Positions 63,332-64,000 of a DNA stretch of 64,000 nucleotides are shown in pieces. The stretch covers positions 44,082-108,081 of the forward strand of contig JAAPAO010000042.1 of NCBI GenBank assembly GCA_013115145.1, written 5' to 3'. The notes under the pieces were generated by a model, which ran no database searches, had not been told where the DNA came from, and saw only the letters and a program-made list of their open reading frames with translations. Every line of letters begins with the position of its first letter. Positions within the stretch are counted from its first letter, which is position 1. The DNA is from Perkinsus chesapeaki ATCC PRA-425. Its lineage: Eukaryota; Protista; Perkinsozoa. Made by a program: the position numbers and the translations under genes.

Positions 63332-63579
63332 GGCGGATTGTGATCAAGGTGACTAAGAGGATCTGAATAAACCCAAGCATATTGAAACACTGTAACGCGG
63401 CACAAGGTTCAATGATAAAGGTGATGACATGATGCTACTGACATCTATAGGATCCCAGGAGTATATATTATAATGCTTGTATTGTTCGAAGCTCATGCAC
63501 TTTCATGCCGTATGTATTGCCAAAACATTCACCTCAGTCAAAAAGCTATTCGAAAATGCACATTTGCACCCTCTAAGTT

Positions 63580-63879
63580 GTGGGACGATCGCAGTCCCTT
63601 CCAAAGAGGCATAGGGAGAAGACAACTAAGTTGAAAATGGCAGAGACAAGCACTAGGCTAGCAAGTCCTCGTTGCTTAAATGGTTTTCCAGATCTGCTTG
63701 GTTTGCGACGCATTACTGACAAGGAATATGAAGCCGAGGAAAAGCTGAGGAATGCGCGCGGCAAAGAATTTTCCACTCACGACAAGTCCTTGCCGGATTC
63801 CCGGAGAGCGCTGAAGAAAATAATGAAAGGCACATCACAACTCATACTGTGGCTCCGCGCCGATAACTATCTGTCATAA
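63580..63879 (+). CDS. Hypothetical protein, probable 5' exon of a gene continuing out of the window
   Basis: 99-aa charged ORF, no recognised domain. Confidence 0.35.
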   Translation: MGRSQSLPKRHREKTTKLKMAETSTRLASPRCLNGFPDLLGLRRITDKEYEAEEKLRNARGKEFSTHDKSLPDSRRALKKIMKGTSQLILWLRADNYLS

Positions 63880-64000
63880 GTATTAGTAGTATTACTAAAA
63901 TATCGTGACCATCATATTTCGAGGTTCGTGTGGTCAACTCGTTGGGCTGGTTTACTCGGCCGGGACGCCCCGTTGCACAAGATAAGAGGGACAGAAGCTG

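Noticed and set aside
1-64000. CRISPR arrays, rRNA genes or prokaryotic defence systems
   Set aside because: No repeat-spacer array, rRNA signature or operon-like structure; the window is spliceosomal-intron eukaryotic DNA

Overview
Eukaryotic, intron-rich, gene-dense window with short GT-AG introns, secreted multigene families and an AP2 domain. It most resembles a Perkinsus-like alveolate (inference, not database-checked). Recognisable genes: an L-2-hydroxyglutarate dehydrogenase-like oxidoreductase, a long coiled-coil gene, an ApiAP2 transcription factor, tRNA-Glu(TTC), a SAM-methyltransferase-domain gene, two tandem intronless six-cysteine GPI-type surface proteins, a pepsin-type aspartyl protease flanked by a local duplication, CEP290-like, a giant cysteine-repeat multi-TM (CRMP-like) receptor, a fidgetin-like AAA ATPase, an ALMT/FUSC-type transporter and PGAM5. 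The most unusual element is a concatenated four-pore channel built from Kv/KCNQ-like repeats whose filters read GEFP/GESP/GDFP/GEWG (E-E-D-E) instead of TVGYG. Genes run in long co-oriented blocks. The 1.7-9.3 kb AT-rich zone carries a diverged ~200-bp repeat, ~10-bp-phased AATT tracts, tRNA-like relics and a possible spliced-leader-like relic. Exon boundaries were assigned by eye, so ends of multi-exon genes are approximate.
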